A stretch of 63,935 nt of DNA, filler included, from Lama guanicoe (GCA_013239625.1; 198 parts of 198 records of this genome joined end to end with filler, not necessarily neighbours in it); one strand, 5' to 3'; shown: positions 11,305-24,682, counted from the whole stretch's first letter. The notes: generated by a model not told the origin, from the letters alone. Numbers and translations: made by a program.

Positions 11305-11527
11305 AGGAACGAAGGATTCTGACACCAAGAAGTTTGCAACAAGCAACCACACCCCTCCCCCTTTGTAGTATAAAAGGAGCCTGAATTCTGGCTTGGGGTA
11401 GTTGGTTCTCTAGGACATTAGTCCCCCATCTTCTTGTTCTGCTGGGTTTCCGAATAAAGTTGTTATTCCTTGCCCCAGGAACTCATCTCCTGATTTATTT
11501 GGTCAGTCTGTTGTGCAGTGAGCAAAA
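11305..11527 (+). mobile_element. ERV LTR U3/R/U5 fragment (ERV1-like)
   Basis: TATAAAA at 11369-11375 and AATAAA at 11453-11458 with LTR-like spacing and flanks. Confidence 0.75.
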
Positions 11528-11950
11528 NNNNNNNNNNNNNNNNNNNNNNNNNNNNNNNNNNNNNNNNNNNNTTAATTAATTAANNNNNNNNNNNNNNNNN
11601 NNNNNNNNNNNNNNNNNNNNNNNNNNNCAATTTGAGTGAAAACATGAAAGATTTTTAAATTCAACAAATATTCACTGAATAACTATGGTGCTCAAGGTCC
11701 TTTGTTTAATGCCACAGGAGCAGACAGAATAAGAGACACTCAAGGAGCTTATAATGTATTCAGTTGGGGTAGTGTATCTGAAATACAAGTCAGAATGGGC
11801 TAACTGCCATTATATGAAGGTTTTAAAATGGTTGAGAGGATTAGAAAAGANNNNNNNNNNNNNNNNNNNNNNNNNNNNNNNNNNNNNNNNNNNNTTAATT
11901 AATTAANNNNNNNNNNNNNNNNNNNNNNNNNNNNNNNNNNNNNNNNNNNN

Positions 11951-12173
11951 ACCTAGCTTGAAGGGAACACGAAGTTTCTTTTCAGTTCAAAATTCCACTA
12001 TATGCATATATATGGGGAGGTTGAAGCTCCAACTCGGTCTTACAGTGAAAATTTCAGGATCGTCAAACCGGAACTTGGAAACAGACTGAGAAATCAGATT
12101 AAGTGTTTCTCCTGCAACACTTTACCTTTGTGCTGGATGAAAGAACGTCTCTCCACATGCTCATTTCTGAGAG
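11951..12173 (-). repeat. Satellite family A monomer fragment
   Basis: Reverse-complement homolog (CTCCAACTCGGTCTTACAGTGAAAA, TTTCTCCTGCAA). Confidence 0.85.
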
Positions 12174-12273
12174 NNNNNNNNNNNNNNNNNNNNNNNNNNN
12201 NNNNNNNNNNNNNNNNNTTAATTAATTAANNNNNNNNNNNNNNNNNNNNNNNNNNNNNNNNNNNNNNNNNNNN

Positions 12274-12496
12274 AAACAGAAATAGAGAACAAAACAGGTG
12301 GTTGCCAGAGGGGAGAGAGAAGGGGGGATAAGTGAAATAAGCAAGGGAGATTAAGAGGGGCACACTTTTAGGTATAAAATGAGTAAAATACAAAGATGTA
12401 ATGTACAGCACAGGGAAGAGGGCCAACGTTCTACAATAACTTTAAACAGAATATACCTATAAAATGTTGAATCACTATGCTGTACACCTGCAACTC
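12274..12496 (+). mobile_element. LINE-1 3' UTR
   Basis: GGTGGTTGCCAGAGGGGAG...GATGTAATGTACAGCACAGGGAA...GAATCACTATGCTGTACACCTG. Confidence 0.85.
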
Positions 12497-13565
12497 NNNN
12501 NNNNNNNNNNNNNNNNNNNNNNNNNNNNNNNNNNNNNNNNTTAATTAATTAANNNNNNNNNNNNNNNNNNNNNNNNNNNNNNNNNNNNNNNNNNNNGCAT
12601 TGTAATATAAATTTTCTATTTAGCATTTTCTCACCAGACTGCAAGCTCCAGTTTATCTTCTTTATTTCTTTTTATGGCCTTGGATGTCTAGCCTAGAAGT
12701 GTCTGACCATATTCAGAGTAGACTGCCTCTAGATACTTGCTGAATGAGTCAACAAATGAATAAAGGACTCCTTTACTTGTCTTCAGAAAGATGACAATAG
12801 CTAGAAGCTCTAGAGTCTTNNNNNNNNNNNNNNNNNNNNNNNNNNNNNNNNNNNNNNNNNNNNTTAATTAATTAANNNNNNNNNNNNNNNNNNNNNNNNN
12901 NNNNNNNNNNNNNNNNNNNTATTTTCCCTAGCAACAATATCTGAATTACCATTCCAGGGCCAATAAAACGGTTTTACAAATATGTGAATTATTCCTCAAA
13001 AGAGAAAAAGCCTATCTTTAGGGAATTCATTATTAGTATGTTTTGTGATTGTTTATTTTAGTTTAATTGGAGAAATAGATTGTTAAATTGTTCAAAACAC
13101 ATTTTGAGCTTGTACTTAACCTTAAATGTCTTAAAATAAAAGNNNNNNNNNNNNNNNNNNNNNNNNNNNNNNNNNNNNNNNNNNNNTTAATTAATTAANN
13201 NNNNNNNNNNNNNNNNNNNNNNNNNNNNNNNNNNNNNNNNNNAATTTAAACTAGAGATATTCAAAATACATACAATTGAAAAAAAAATACTAAGAGACTG
13301 AGGCATACTTTATAGCCCCAAGGTTCTGTTTTAAAATACGCATGTATTATTATGTTGATTTTTAGCATTATATTGAGGAAATGAAAATATCCGATAAAAT
13401 TAGATTCATTATCTTATCTAGATAATCGTTGGAGCCTAGATGGTGTAATGAGGAAATGCAGCCCANNNNNNNNNNNNNNNNNNNNNNNNNNNNNNNNNNN
13501 NNNNNNNNNTTAATTAATTAANNNNNNNNNNNNNNNNNNNNNNNNNNNNNNNNNNNNNNNNNNNN

Positions 13566-13788
13566 ATGTCTTCTGCATTGCTGAATGGGGGTGTGGTAGG
13601 AATCACCATCCTTACAACCTTCACGTCCTTGATGGTGTCGCTAGTCTTCGTAATCCCTCCAGTAATGGGGTATTGGTTTTGGCTTACTGTTTGGTGGGTA
13701 GAGACAGTTTCAGTGGCTTCCACTCAGCCATTACTGCCGTAATAACTCACTTAATGGGTAGAGGAGTCAATATGGAGGTTGTCCCAGT
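13566..13788 (-). mobile_element. ERVL (class III) pro-pol fragment, degenerate
   Basis: VSQNQYPITGGITKTSDTIKDVKVVRMVIPTTPPF parallels ERVL [35 protein letters not shown]. Confidence 0.8.
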
Positions 13789-14211
13789 NNNNNNNNNNNN
13801 NNNNNNNNNNNNNNNNNNNNNNNNNNNNNNNNTTAATTAATTAANNNNNNNNNNNNNNNNNNNNNNNNNNNNNNNNNNNNNNNNNNNNCTCTGAATTGGA
13901 AGACAGCTTAGTATGTTCAAGGAAGAGAAAAAGGCCCGTGTGGCTAAAGCGTGGTTTGTGATGAAGACAAAAGGCAGGCAGGCACCAGATCACGTGGCGA
14001 TTTCAGACAAGGCATTTGGTTTAATTCCAAATGCTCTGAGAAGCTGGTGGAGTGCCCAGGAGTTGAGAGCAAAACCAGGCAGAGTTTGCAAAGGTTCTTG
14101 GATAGCAATCGNNNNNNNNNNNNNNNNNNNNNNNNNNNNNNNNNNNNNNNNNNNNTTAATTAATTAANNNNNNNNNNNNNNNNNNNNNNNNNNNNNNNNN
14201 NNNNNNNNNNN

Positions 14212-14434
14212 ATGGAAGCCAGTTCTCTCCTCTCCCTTTGCCCTATTAACTGAGGTTGATTAAAAAAAGCCTTTAACTTTCAGCATGTAACATGGTAGTT
14301 ACTTTTCTGGTTGGCTCTTGCGTGTGTATAAGTATACTGTTTTTCTCGTTCATCTCTTTACTTCTGTGGACTCTTTGGGAGGGACTCTGGGTGATGGGGA
14401 CCTGCTCTTTTCTCATCTTCTTTAGTGACATCTT
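14212..14434. repeat. Near-identical copy of contig 16796-17018
   Basis: 5 substitutions, identical last 49 bp, identical first 40 bp. Confidence 0.95.
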
Positions 14435-14534
14435 NNNNNNNNNNNNNNNNNNNNNNNNNNNNNNNNNNNNNNNNNNNNTTAATTAATTAANNNNNNNNNN
14501 NNNNNNNNNNNNNNNNNNNNNNNNNNNNNNNNNN

Positions 14535-14757
14535 ACATTTCATTTTGATTTTTTCTTTTGCTGTGCAGAATATATGTAGTCTGTATAGTCCCACTTATTA
14601 ATTTTTGTTTTTGTTGCTTGTGCCTTTGATGTCATATCCAAAAAGTGTTGTCAAGACCAATGTCAAGGAGATTTCCCTTATGTTTTCTTCTAGCAGTGTT
14701 ATGTCTTATTTTTAGATTTTAGTTTTATGTTTAAGTCTTTAATCCATTTAAAGTTAA
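14535..14757 (-). mobile_element. LINE-1 ORF2 fragment
   Basis: TTTTGCTGTGCAGAA...CAAGACCAATGTCAAGGAG...TATGTTTTCTTCTAG...TTTAAGTCTTTAATCCAT. Confidence 0.85.
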
Positions 14758-16795
14758 NNNNNNNNNNNNNNNNNNNNNNNNNNNNNNNNNNNNNNNNNNN
14801 NTTAATTAATTAANNNNNNNNNNNNNNNNNNNNNNNNNNNNNNNNNNNNNNNNNNNNAGAGAGGTTAAGCAACGTGCCAAAGGTCACTTGAATTTGACCA
14901 TTATCTATGTTCATGACTCCTGTCATATTGCTTTGTTTAGTCATTTTCTATTAGATTCCTTTTCTTACAGGATGAAACACTGTACGTTTGTTGTCACAGG
15001 TTGAACAAGTAGGAGGTATGTCACCTCTTCTGAGTATATTTCCTGATACACACAAAACCACATATGAGATAGAGATGAACNNNNNNNNNNNNNNNNNNNN
15101 NNNNNNNNNNNNNNNNNNNNNNNNTTAATTAATTAANNNNNNNNNNNNNNNNNNNNNNNNNNNNNNNNNNNNNNNNNNNNTTGAGACTCGTGTGGCTTGA
15201 GTCCTGAGTCAAAAATCCAAAAGGCTCAAGAAAAATAAATAAAGGGAAGCATCTCTGACTATAACCATCATAGCAATAATTCGGTAGGATGTTGACTTTG
15301 TTAAAAAGATGCGTCCAGGATAATATTATGGATATAAAATGCCGCTCATCGTGCAAAAAAAAAAAAAGTCATTGTGAACCTGCTATGTGCCAAAGGTAGT
15401 CAANNNNNNNNNNNNNNNNNNNNNNNNNNNNNNNNNNNNNNNNNNNNTTAATTAATTAANNNNNNNNNNNNNNNNNNNNNNNNNNNNNNNNNNNNNNNNN
15501 NNNATCCACCCATCTGCTTCCCTTCTACCCCGGGGCACAAGCCGGATGGCGGATGAGCTGTCTGTGCACTAGACGCCGCCCCTCAGACTACGACGTCTCA
15601 CTCTGAGTAACTCTATGACCTGACCTTCCAGTTCACTTCCTCTGTTTCCCCCACTTCACAAGTCCTTTGTCCTCACTGAGGCCGACAGTCTGTGGTTCCA
15701 GCATTTATTCACTACCTGGAACCCCCNNNNNNNNNNNNNNNNNNNNNNNNNNNNNNNNNNNNNNNNNNNNTTAATTAATTAANNNNNNNNNNNNNNNNNN
15801 NNNNNNNNNNNNNNNNNNNNNNNNNNAAAGCACAAATAGTAATTCAAACTTCCTTTAACCATGTTGGAAACTTACTTCCTCTGATTCCTCTTGAAGCAGT
15901 TTTAAATATTCTATTAGAATTTGTTTTCCATTCTCATGCTGTGTTTTCTAGATGACTTGATGCTAGATGTTTACTAGATGCAATGTGTTTACTTTTACTT
16001 TTTCCCCTGTGTGTACCGCTGGAACCATTTACTAGCAATTTGATCACTGNNNNNNNNNNNNNNNNNNNNNNNNNNNNNNNNNNNNNNNNNNNNTTAATTA
16101 ATTAANNNNNNNNNNNNNNNNNNNNNNNNNNNNNNNNNNNNNNNNNNNNGAAGGAGCCAGACCCCAGTAAAGCAGGGTATGCAAAGTTCTTGAGTTATGA
16201 AAAAGCTGGGTGCCTCAGAAAACTGAGAGAAGACCGATGTGGCTGGAATATCATTTCTAAAAGGCAGGAAAGGTGACAGTAGATAACAAGGGCAAAGGGC
16301 AAATTATGCAGGACCTTGAATGCCATGCATAGAATGTTGAGTTTTTAAGCTGTGAAATGGAAAGCCATTGAANNNNNNNNNNNNNNNNNNNNNNNNNNNN
16401 NNNNNNNNNNNNNNNNTTAATTAATTAANNNNNNNNNNNNNNNNNNNNNNNNNNNNNNNNNNNNNNNNNNNNTAGTTATATATACAGTATATATATAGTT
16501 ATTTATAGCTTTGTTTTGGTAAAGTCCCCTTATGTGCTTACTGGAGAATTCATGTTCTCTAGGTATATTCATAATGGTCTCTTTCATTAGATATTTGAGG
16601 AACTATTGTGCCAGGCACTGTGCTGGATACTGGAAAAAATTTGCAAATTTACCCAGGAGCAGGTCTGTCTTTAAACTGATCATCCTCTGCTTTCTNNNNN
16701 NNNNNNNNNNNNNNNNNNNNNNNNNNNNNNNNNNNNNNNTTAATTAATTAANNNNNNNNNNNNNNNNNNNNNNNNNNNNNNNNNNNNNNNNNNNN

Positions 16796-17018
16796 ATGGA
16801 AGCCAGTTCTCTCCTCTCCCTTTGCCCTATTAACTTAGGTTGATTTAAAAAAGCCTTTAACTTTCAGCATGTAACATCGTAGTTACTTTTCTGGTTGGCT
16901 CTTGCGTGTGTATAAGTATACTGTTTCTCTCGTTCATCTCTTTACTTCTGTGGACTCTTTGGGAGGGATTCTGGGTGATGGGGACCTGCTCTTTTCTCAT
17001 CTTCTTTAGTGACATCTT
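16796..17018. repeat. Near-identical copy of contig 14212-14434
   Basis: 5 substitutions relative to its partner. Confidence 0.95.
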
Positions 17019-19845
17019 NNNNNNNNNNNNNNNNNNNNNNNNNNNNNNNNNNNNNNNNNNNNTTAATTAATTAANNNNNNNNNNNNNNNNNNNNNNNNNN
17101 NNNNNNNNNNNNNNNNNNGTTTTAAGTGGCTGCTCTCCGAGGCTTCCCTGGTGGTGACCTGGTCTCCCCGGCGGGGGGCGGGGAGGGTGTTGAAGGTGAC
17201 ATGGCTGGTGTGTCACCAGATGTGGCACCGGGGCTCACGTTGGCAGCGACACACCTGTTCTTCCAGCTTTGCCCGGAGCTGGGCTGCCGGCTTCTCCATG
17301 GGTGCCCGGCGCTCTGGGTTTGCTTTTCCATTTGCCAGTCCNNNNNNNNNNNNNNNNNNNNNNNNNNNNNNNNNNNNNNNNNNNNTTAATTAATTAANNN
17401 NNNNNNNNNNNNNNNNNNNNNNNNNNNNNNNNNNNNNNNNNTGATCTTTAGCAAGTTACAGCCTCAAAACTTAAATGAGTCCTATGACCACGGCTCCAAC
17501 ACTGGGTTAACTAGCAAACCACTGACTTGTTGGATAAACCTAGTTCACTCTAGAACCTGCAAGTAATTATAAATTTTCCTCTTATTAAAAACTCAAACTT
17601 GAATAGAAACAACAACAAACAACTACAGTGATTCTTGAAAAGAGCAAAAAGTACAGGGATTCATNNNNNNNNNNNNNNNNNNNNNNNNNNNNNNNNNNNN
17701 NNNNNNNNTTAATTAATTAANNNNNNNNNNNNNNNNNNNNNNNNNNNNNNNNNNNNNNNNNNNNTCAGTTGGTGTAGAAAACACAGAATGAGAAAAGCAG
17801 AGCCAATAGTTTTGTGTGGTCTGTGAAACCCTTTAGCCATGAAAGCTACTGAGCTAACACTCCATCTGCGATTGTGAACTTTATATTCTCCTGAGGCTTG
17901 CAATAATAGAAAGTAAGTTCCCAGAGGAGCTGTAATGGCTCAGACGAAGTACCGTTTATGACTTCTTTCTGTTAGATGATGGTGAGCNNNNNNNNNNNNN
18001 NNNNNNNNNNNNNNNNNNNNNNNNNNNNNNNTTAATTAATTAANNNNNNNNNNNNNNNNNNNNNNNNNNNNNNNNNNNNNNNNNNNNGTAAGAAGTGGAA
18101 TCTCATAGGAAAAAATTGGAATCTTGAGTTAAATGTCCGTATTTGCTCCAGACTTGAGTTTTTTGTGTACCTATGTGATTTTATGAAATTAATTAGCTTC
18201 GAGAGTCCCTGTAAAAATGAAAACAAAAACGAAGCCTGGAAATATCCGTCACAAGCCTCCGCACCCAGATGTCCACAGTCGAGGCAAGGCCAGCAGTGAG
18301 GGAAGAGGGTNNNNNNNNNNNNNNNNNNNNNNNNNNNNNNNNNNNNNNNNNNNNTTAATTAATTAANNNNNNNNNNNNNNNNNNNNNNNNNNNNNNNNNN
18401 NNNNNNNNNNGAGTGAATGAATGTGTGTCTTGGAATTCCTCTGGCTTTTTTTAGGCATCGGGCTGTGGGGAGAGGAAGGAAGTAAAGGGTCTGGATGCAT
18501 CCCCAAAAAGATCAGGTGGCTGGGCTGAGCCACGCGGGAACCTAGCTCAGAACGGCCAGCACAGACAGTCCTGGCTTCTGTCCTGTGAGTCCACGTGGGC
18601 TCCAAGCCAGACTGTTTGTGTCCATATCCCAGCNNNNNNNNNNNNNNNNNNNNNNNNNNNNNNNNNNNNNNNNNNNNTTAATTAATTAANNNNNNNNNNN
18701 NNNNNNNNNNNNNNNNNNNNNNNNNNNNNNNNNCTGGCCCGGGCCCTGGGGAGCTGGTTGACGGCTGCCCCCGGGGAGCCAGGCAGGAAAGCAGAGGCGG
18801 CCCCCAGGGCTAAGTGGACGCAGCCATGTGGGTCAGCTCCCTGCGGAAGGGGGAGCTGACCCAGATGGGCAAGGGTCGCGTGGTGAGGAGAGAGAAGGAA
18901 GGGACAGGGGCAGGAGTGGCCGGGGGTGGGATGGGATGGAGATCATGCAGCTCAGANNNNNNNNNNNNNNNNNNNNNNNNNNNNNNNNNNNNNNNNNNNN
19001 TTAATTAATTAANNNNNNNNNNNNNNNNNNNNNNNNNNNNNNNNNNNNNNNNNNNNCCAAACTGCCTCCTAAGACAGTCTGGGGCGGGTCTGACAAGCCC
19101 CACAGCTTTCAAGCTGCTCAGGTGATGCTGACAGGCCACACTTTGATGAGCAAGATCATCGCCTGCATTGCTGAGGGAACCTGTCAGAGACATCGCTGGG
19201 GAGGGGAGGACCTGTGCCTGGCGTAGGATGCATTTCTCTAAGGAACTCACACTTCATTAGATGCATACATCTGGGTCTTNNNNNNNNNNNNNNNNNNNNN
19301 NNNNNNNNNNNNNNNNNNNNNNNTTAATTAATTAANNNNNNNNNNNNNNNNNNNNNNNNNNNNNNNNNNNNNNNNNNNNGGAACTGCCTTTTACTCTGGA
19401 GCCGGCAGCCGGGCCCCATTCATTAACTAGGATGGTGGCTTTTAAAGAGTAACTGGTGAGCTTACAAGGGGACATCTGCCAACTCCACTCTGCCTTCTTA
19501 AGAATCAGGAAATGAGCCTGGTTTGAACAAACATTACTGTGACACAAAGTAGGAGAACGAGCAGCCCTGACAGAATGTTAAATGTTCCATTTCTTTCTTT
19601 TTNNNNNNNNNNNNNNNNNNNNNNNNNNNNNNNNNNNNNNNNNNNNTTAATTAATTAANNNNNNNNNNNNNNNNNNNNNNNNNNNNNNNNNNNNNNNNNN
19701 NNAATGGAAAATGAAACTTGCAACACACATCCTTTATCAGCAAAATGAAATTGGCATGACCCTAATTGAATACTATGCCAAAGTTTAACCCACACCCATC
19801 ACCATGTGTCACGGAAGCAGTACAGATCGTGGCTTGTCTGAGAAG

Positions 19846-19925
19846 GAGGGAGGAAAGAAAGAAAAAGAAAGAAGGAAGGAAGGAGGGCAGGAAGGAGAGA
19901 AGGAAAGAAAGAGAGAGAGAGAGAA
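19846..19925 (+). repeat. Purine-rich compound microsatellite (GAAA/GAAG/GA)
   Basis: Directly visible. Confidence 0.9.
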
Positions 19926-20994
19926 NNNNNNNNNNNNNNNNNNNNNNNNNNNNNNNNNNNNNNNNNNNNTTAATTAATTAANNNNNNNNNNNNNNNNNNN
20001 NNNNNNNNNNNNNNNNNNNNNNNNNTGTCATTACGAGCATCGATTTCAGCTTTGATACCTTGGTGGTTATTCATCAATAGTTCAACAGACGATACGTCCC
20101 TAAAATTAGACAAGCAACACTTCCTTTAGGAAATGAGGCTTTTCAAATACACGTGTGGGTTTCAAAACATGCAGTTAGTTTGAAGGAGACTGGTGGCATA
20201 GATTGCCTTTCAGGTCTGATTCACAGTCTGGGCTCAGGCTGGGTCACTNNNNNNNNNNNNNNNNNNNNNNNNNNNNNNNNNNNNNNNNNNNNTTAATTAA
20301 TTAANNNNNNNNNNNNNNNNNNNNNNNNNNNNNNNNNNNNNNNNNNNNCCTGTGAAGGAGGATACAAAATCACAGTGCCCTTTGCACACACGGAGAAGCA
20401 CGCGGAAAGATGGAGTGTGTGCTTCCGGCGGCCCGCCCTCAGCCACGTGTAGCCATCAAAACGCTCTCACTGGGCCTTTCAGTCCAGGACATCCCAGCAA
20501 TTGAAACAAGGGTCCGCACATCGGGGAGGATTTCGAGGGCAAAAAGAACAGGTGATTCTCTTCATGGAGACNNNNNNNNNNNNNNNNNNNNNNNNNNNNN
20601 NNNNNNNNNNNNNNNTTAATTAATTAANNNNNNNNNNNNNNNNNNNNNNNNNNNNNNNNNNNNNNNNNNNNGGGGTGGAGCTGGGGCAGGCAGGGCTGGG
20701 GGCAGGTGCCCGGCTAATGGGAGAGCTAGTGAAGAGGAAGGACTGGGGGGGCATTTTCTACTGTGTGGATTCTCGGGGAGGCAGGAAGGGCTAACGTTTT
20801 TCCAAGGTCTCCTCTCCACATCGCTAAGAGGGTTTCCTGCCGAGGTGGTCCCGTGGATCTCAGTCAGAGAACTAGCATCCTCTGGAACCTATCCNNNNNN
20901 NNNNNNNNNNNNNNNNNNNNNNNNNNNNNNNNNNNNNNTTAATTAATTAANNNNNNNNNNNNNNNNNNNNNNNNNNNNNNNNNNNNNNNNNNNN

Positions 20995-21217
20995 AACCAG
21001 AAGCACTGATGACCAAGGGCTGGAAAAGATGGATAATCCCAGTACAAGCAGGGACAACGAATTCCCCTTTCCTCTGCCTTTTGTTCTATTCTTACAGTAG
21101 ATTGGATGGTGCCCACCGGCATTGGCGAGGGCCATTTACTTTACTCAGTCTGCTGATTCAAATGCCAATCTCTTCTGGAAACACCCTCACAGACGCACCC
21201 AGAAATAGTGTTTAACC
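20995..21217. mobile_element. MLT2 (ERVL LTR) fragment
   Basis: GATTGGATGGTGCCCACC...TACTCAGTCTGCTGATTCAAATGCCAATCTCTTCTGGAAACACCCTCACAGAC. Confidence 0.85.
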
Positions 21218-22286
21218 NNNNNNNNNNNNNNNNNNNNNNNNNNNNNNNNNNNNNNNNNNNNTTAATTAATTAANNNNNNNNNNNNNNNNNNNNNNNNNNN
21301 NNNNNNNNNNNNNNNNNGTGAAAGATTTGCTTATGTTAAAGCAGCAGCTTCATGGCAGGAATCGGACTGAACACGCTTGTAAGAGCCTGCAGGTTACTCT
21401 CCAGGGACGTAGACGGGTGGCTGCCATCTTTGTGCGCTCTCTGTCTCACGTCCACTGGCTCGTAACTTCCAGAAAGGATCTTGTACTGTCTGTTGGCAGC
21501 CTGATTTTTGTGACTGCCACTCAGAAGATACCTCTAAATCNNNNNNNNNNNNNNNNNNNNNNNNNNNNNNNNNNNNNNNNNNNNTTAATTAATTAANNNN
21601 NNNNNNNNNNNNNNNNNNNNNNNNNNNNNNNNNNNNNNNNGACAAATGTAATATTTTCCTGTCAAAAAATGCAAATGAGAGGTAGCCTTGGTCTGACTGC
21701 ACTAATTCTCAGTCCGACTCAGGATGGCACTGTCACCCATATTATAGAAATCTGTTATAAACACATGGCCCCCAAATTATAGAAATCTCTTATAAATCAT
21801 GTTCAGATGAACAGTGAGAGAAATCCCTCCAAGCCACATGATAGCTTGGGGATCTGTCCACACNNNNNNNNNNNNNNNNNNNNNNNNNNNNNNNNNNNNN
21901 NNNNNNNTTAATTAATTAANNNNNNNNNNNNNNNNNNNNNNNNNNNNNNNNNNNNNNNNNNNNAGCTCTCCCCTGTCACATGCTCTGTCAAGCAATCCTG
22001 GCTGCGGGATGTCGACCACCGGCGTTTAAGGGACTTGGAGAGTTTCCAAAACCCCACCGTGACACTCCCTGCAGCTGGCCTCTCTCCCACAGCCCAGCAT
22101 GTGCTGGGCCCCAGGTAACACTCATCTTCATCCTAGAGGGGAGAGGAAAACAAGAAGGAGAGGAGGGAATGAGGACAAGCAAGATCNNNNNNNNNNNNNN
22201 NNNNNNNNNNNNNNNNNNNNNNNNNNNNNNTTAATTAATTAANNNNNNNNNNNNNNNNNNNNNNNNNNNNNNNNNNNNNNNNNNNN

Positions 22287-22509
22287 ATTGTACAAATATA
22301 CCATAGCTTCTTTATCCAGTCATGTGTCAGTGGACATTTAGATTGTTTCCGTGCCTTGGCTATGGTAAATAGTGCTGCTTTGAACATTGGGGTGCATGAA
22401 TTAAGGTTCCCTCTGGATATATGACCACTAGTGGGATTGCTGGATCTTATGATAGTGTATTTTTAGTTTTTTGAGGAATCTCCATACTGTTTTCCATAGC
22501 GGCTGCACC
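22287..22509 (-). mobile_element. LINE-1 ORF2 3' region
   Basis: TGGACATTTAG...GTAAATAGTGCTGC...AGTGGGATTGCTGGATC...CTCCATACTGTTTTCCATAG. Confidence 0.9.
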
Positions 22510-24547
22510 NNNNNNNNNNNNNNNNNNNNNNNNNNNNNNNNNNNNNNNNNNNNTTAATTAATTAANNNNNNNNNNNNNNNNNNNNNNNNNNNNNNNNNNN
22601 NNNNNNNNNCCCAATCTACTTTTAATTCCCTCTAGTGTAATTTTCATTTCTCTTTTTTATTTTTCAACTCGTCGAGTTCTTCTTTATATTTTCTATTTCT
22701 TTATTAAGTTTCTCACTGTGCTCATCTAGTCTTTCCCCAAGTTCAGTTAACATTCTTATTACTATTGATTTGAAATCCTTATGAGTTCAATTAATTTATC
22801 CCTATTTAATTAGGGGTGATTTCAGGGTTTTTNNNNNNNNNNNNNNNNNNNNNNNNNNNNNNNNNNNNNNNNNNNNTTAATTAATTAANNNNNNNNNNNN
22901 NNNNNNNNNNNNNNNNNNNNNNNNNNNNNNNNGCAGCCCCAGCAGGTGACTGGATCAGAATCCCTGAGGGTGGGGCCAGGGCCTTGTTCCCCACCCACTA
23001 TGCATGATAACCACGTTTTTTAGCATCAGGTTGAAAAGCCTCCACAGAGAATAAAAACTACAAAGAAATGTTAGGTGTAGACAATAAGAATCCTCTGTAA
23101 GACTCCCAATTTTAATTTCCTCCATATTCCCAGAAATTTCCAGAATATGAAGATGNNNNNNNNNNNNNNNNNNNNNNNNNNNNNNNNNNNNNNNNNNNNT
23201 TAATTAATTAANNNNNNNNNNNNNNNNNNNNNNNNNNNNNNNNNNNNNNNNNNNNTGTGGTTATTAAGTAGTAGAGCAAGGAGTGCACATGGGTTTGCAC
23301 CTTACATAATATATTTCCTATCCCCTCACTCCCTTAATTACCTAATGTGGTTTAATGGGTTCAAATACTAACTATATCGTGAAGATTCTCCAAATTATAT
23401 TCCTGGGCAGCACACCCACGCCCAACTTTAGACTCATACAGTTCATTGTCTATGTTATATCTTCATTTGGAAGATGGANNNNNNNNNNNNNNNNNNNNNN
23501 NNNNNNNNNNNNNNNNNNNNNNTTAATTAATTAANNNNNNNNNNNNNNNNNNNNNNNNNNNNNNNNNNNNNNNNNNNNAAAACAAAACAAAACAAAAAAT
23601 TCTAGCACAACACCCCACATCTTACTAACGGTCTCTCGTTACTTGTTTTGAACCATTTGACTGAGATGTAATTAATATACAATTCACTCATTGAAAGTGT
23701 ACAATGTAATGGTTTTTTTGTATATTCACAGAGTTTTACAACCACTCACACAATTTTTGAACATTTTCATCATCTCAAAAAGAAACCTTGTACCACCCCC
23801 CNNNNNNNNNNNNNNNNNNNNNNNNNNNNNNNNNNNNNNNNNNNNTTAATTAATTAANNNNNNNNNNNNNNNNNNNNNNNNNNNNNNNNNNNNNNNNNNN
23901 NAAAAAATGTGCAAAGATTACTTTATGTTATGTCTTACAAAACCAAGAAACTGGAAACAAAAGTAAACATCTAAAAATAGTGGGGCTGCTAAACAGATAG
24001 GAAACAACCACTGGATACATGATTGTATGACCATTAAAATGAGTATTATGAAAACCGCACAAGAAAATGGGGGAGAGGGATGGAGGACACAATATTGAAT
24101 GCAAAATCATATAAAAACATGAGTNNNNNNNNNNNNNNNNNNNNNNNNNNNNNNNNNNNNNNNNNNNNTTAATTAATTAANNNNNNNNNNNNNNNNNNNN
24201 NNNNNNNNNNNNNNNNNNNNNNNNTTTTTTTTCTTAATTTCCTTTTTGGGTTGCCTAGGGTATAAAAATACAACCAATTTGTATGTGTTACTTTTTGATC
24301 CTGCAGCTTTGCTGAATTGTGTGTTAGCGCTAACAGATTTTCTTGTTAGTTTTGAACCTTTAGTGTAATTCTACCAGAATTTGATCCATGTATTTTGATA
24401 CTCTGTAGTAAGGGCATTCACAATTAAGGTCGTTATGTCTTCTTAATNNNNNNNNNNNNNNNNNNNNNNNNNNNNNNNNNNNNNNNNNNNNTTAATTAAT
24501 TAANNNNNNNNNNNNNNNNNNNNNNNNNNNNNNNNNNNNNNNNNNNN

Positions 24548-24682
24548 CACAACATGGGGAATAGAGCCAATAGTTTATAATAACCATAAGTGGAGCATAA
24601 CCCTTAAAAATCTGTGAAACACTCAACTGTGTACCTGTAACATGTAATATAGTACATCGACTATACCTCAATTAAAAAAATA
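24548..24682 (+). mobile_element. LINE-1 3' terminus
   Basis: GGGAATAGAGCCAATAGTTTATAATAAC...CTATACCTCAATTAAAAAAA. Confidence 0.8.

Noticed and set aside
1939..13788. LTR, PBS, RT and ERVL fragments forming one provirus
   Set aside because: They lie on independent contigs and belong to different ERV classes (I-like, II, III). Their proximity is an artefact of concatenation.
19766..19981. Basic Arg/Lys/Glu-rich ORF
   Set aside because: Translation of a GA-rich microsatellite.
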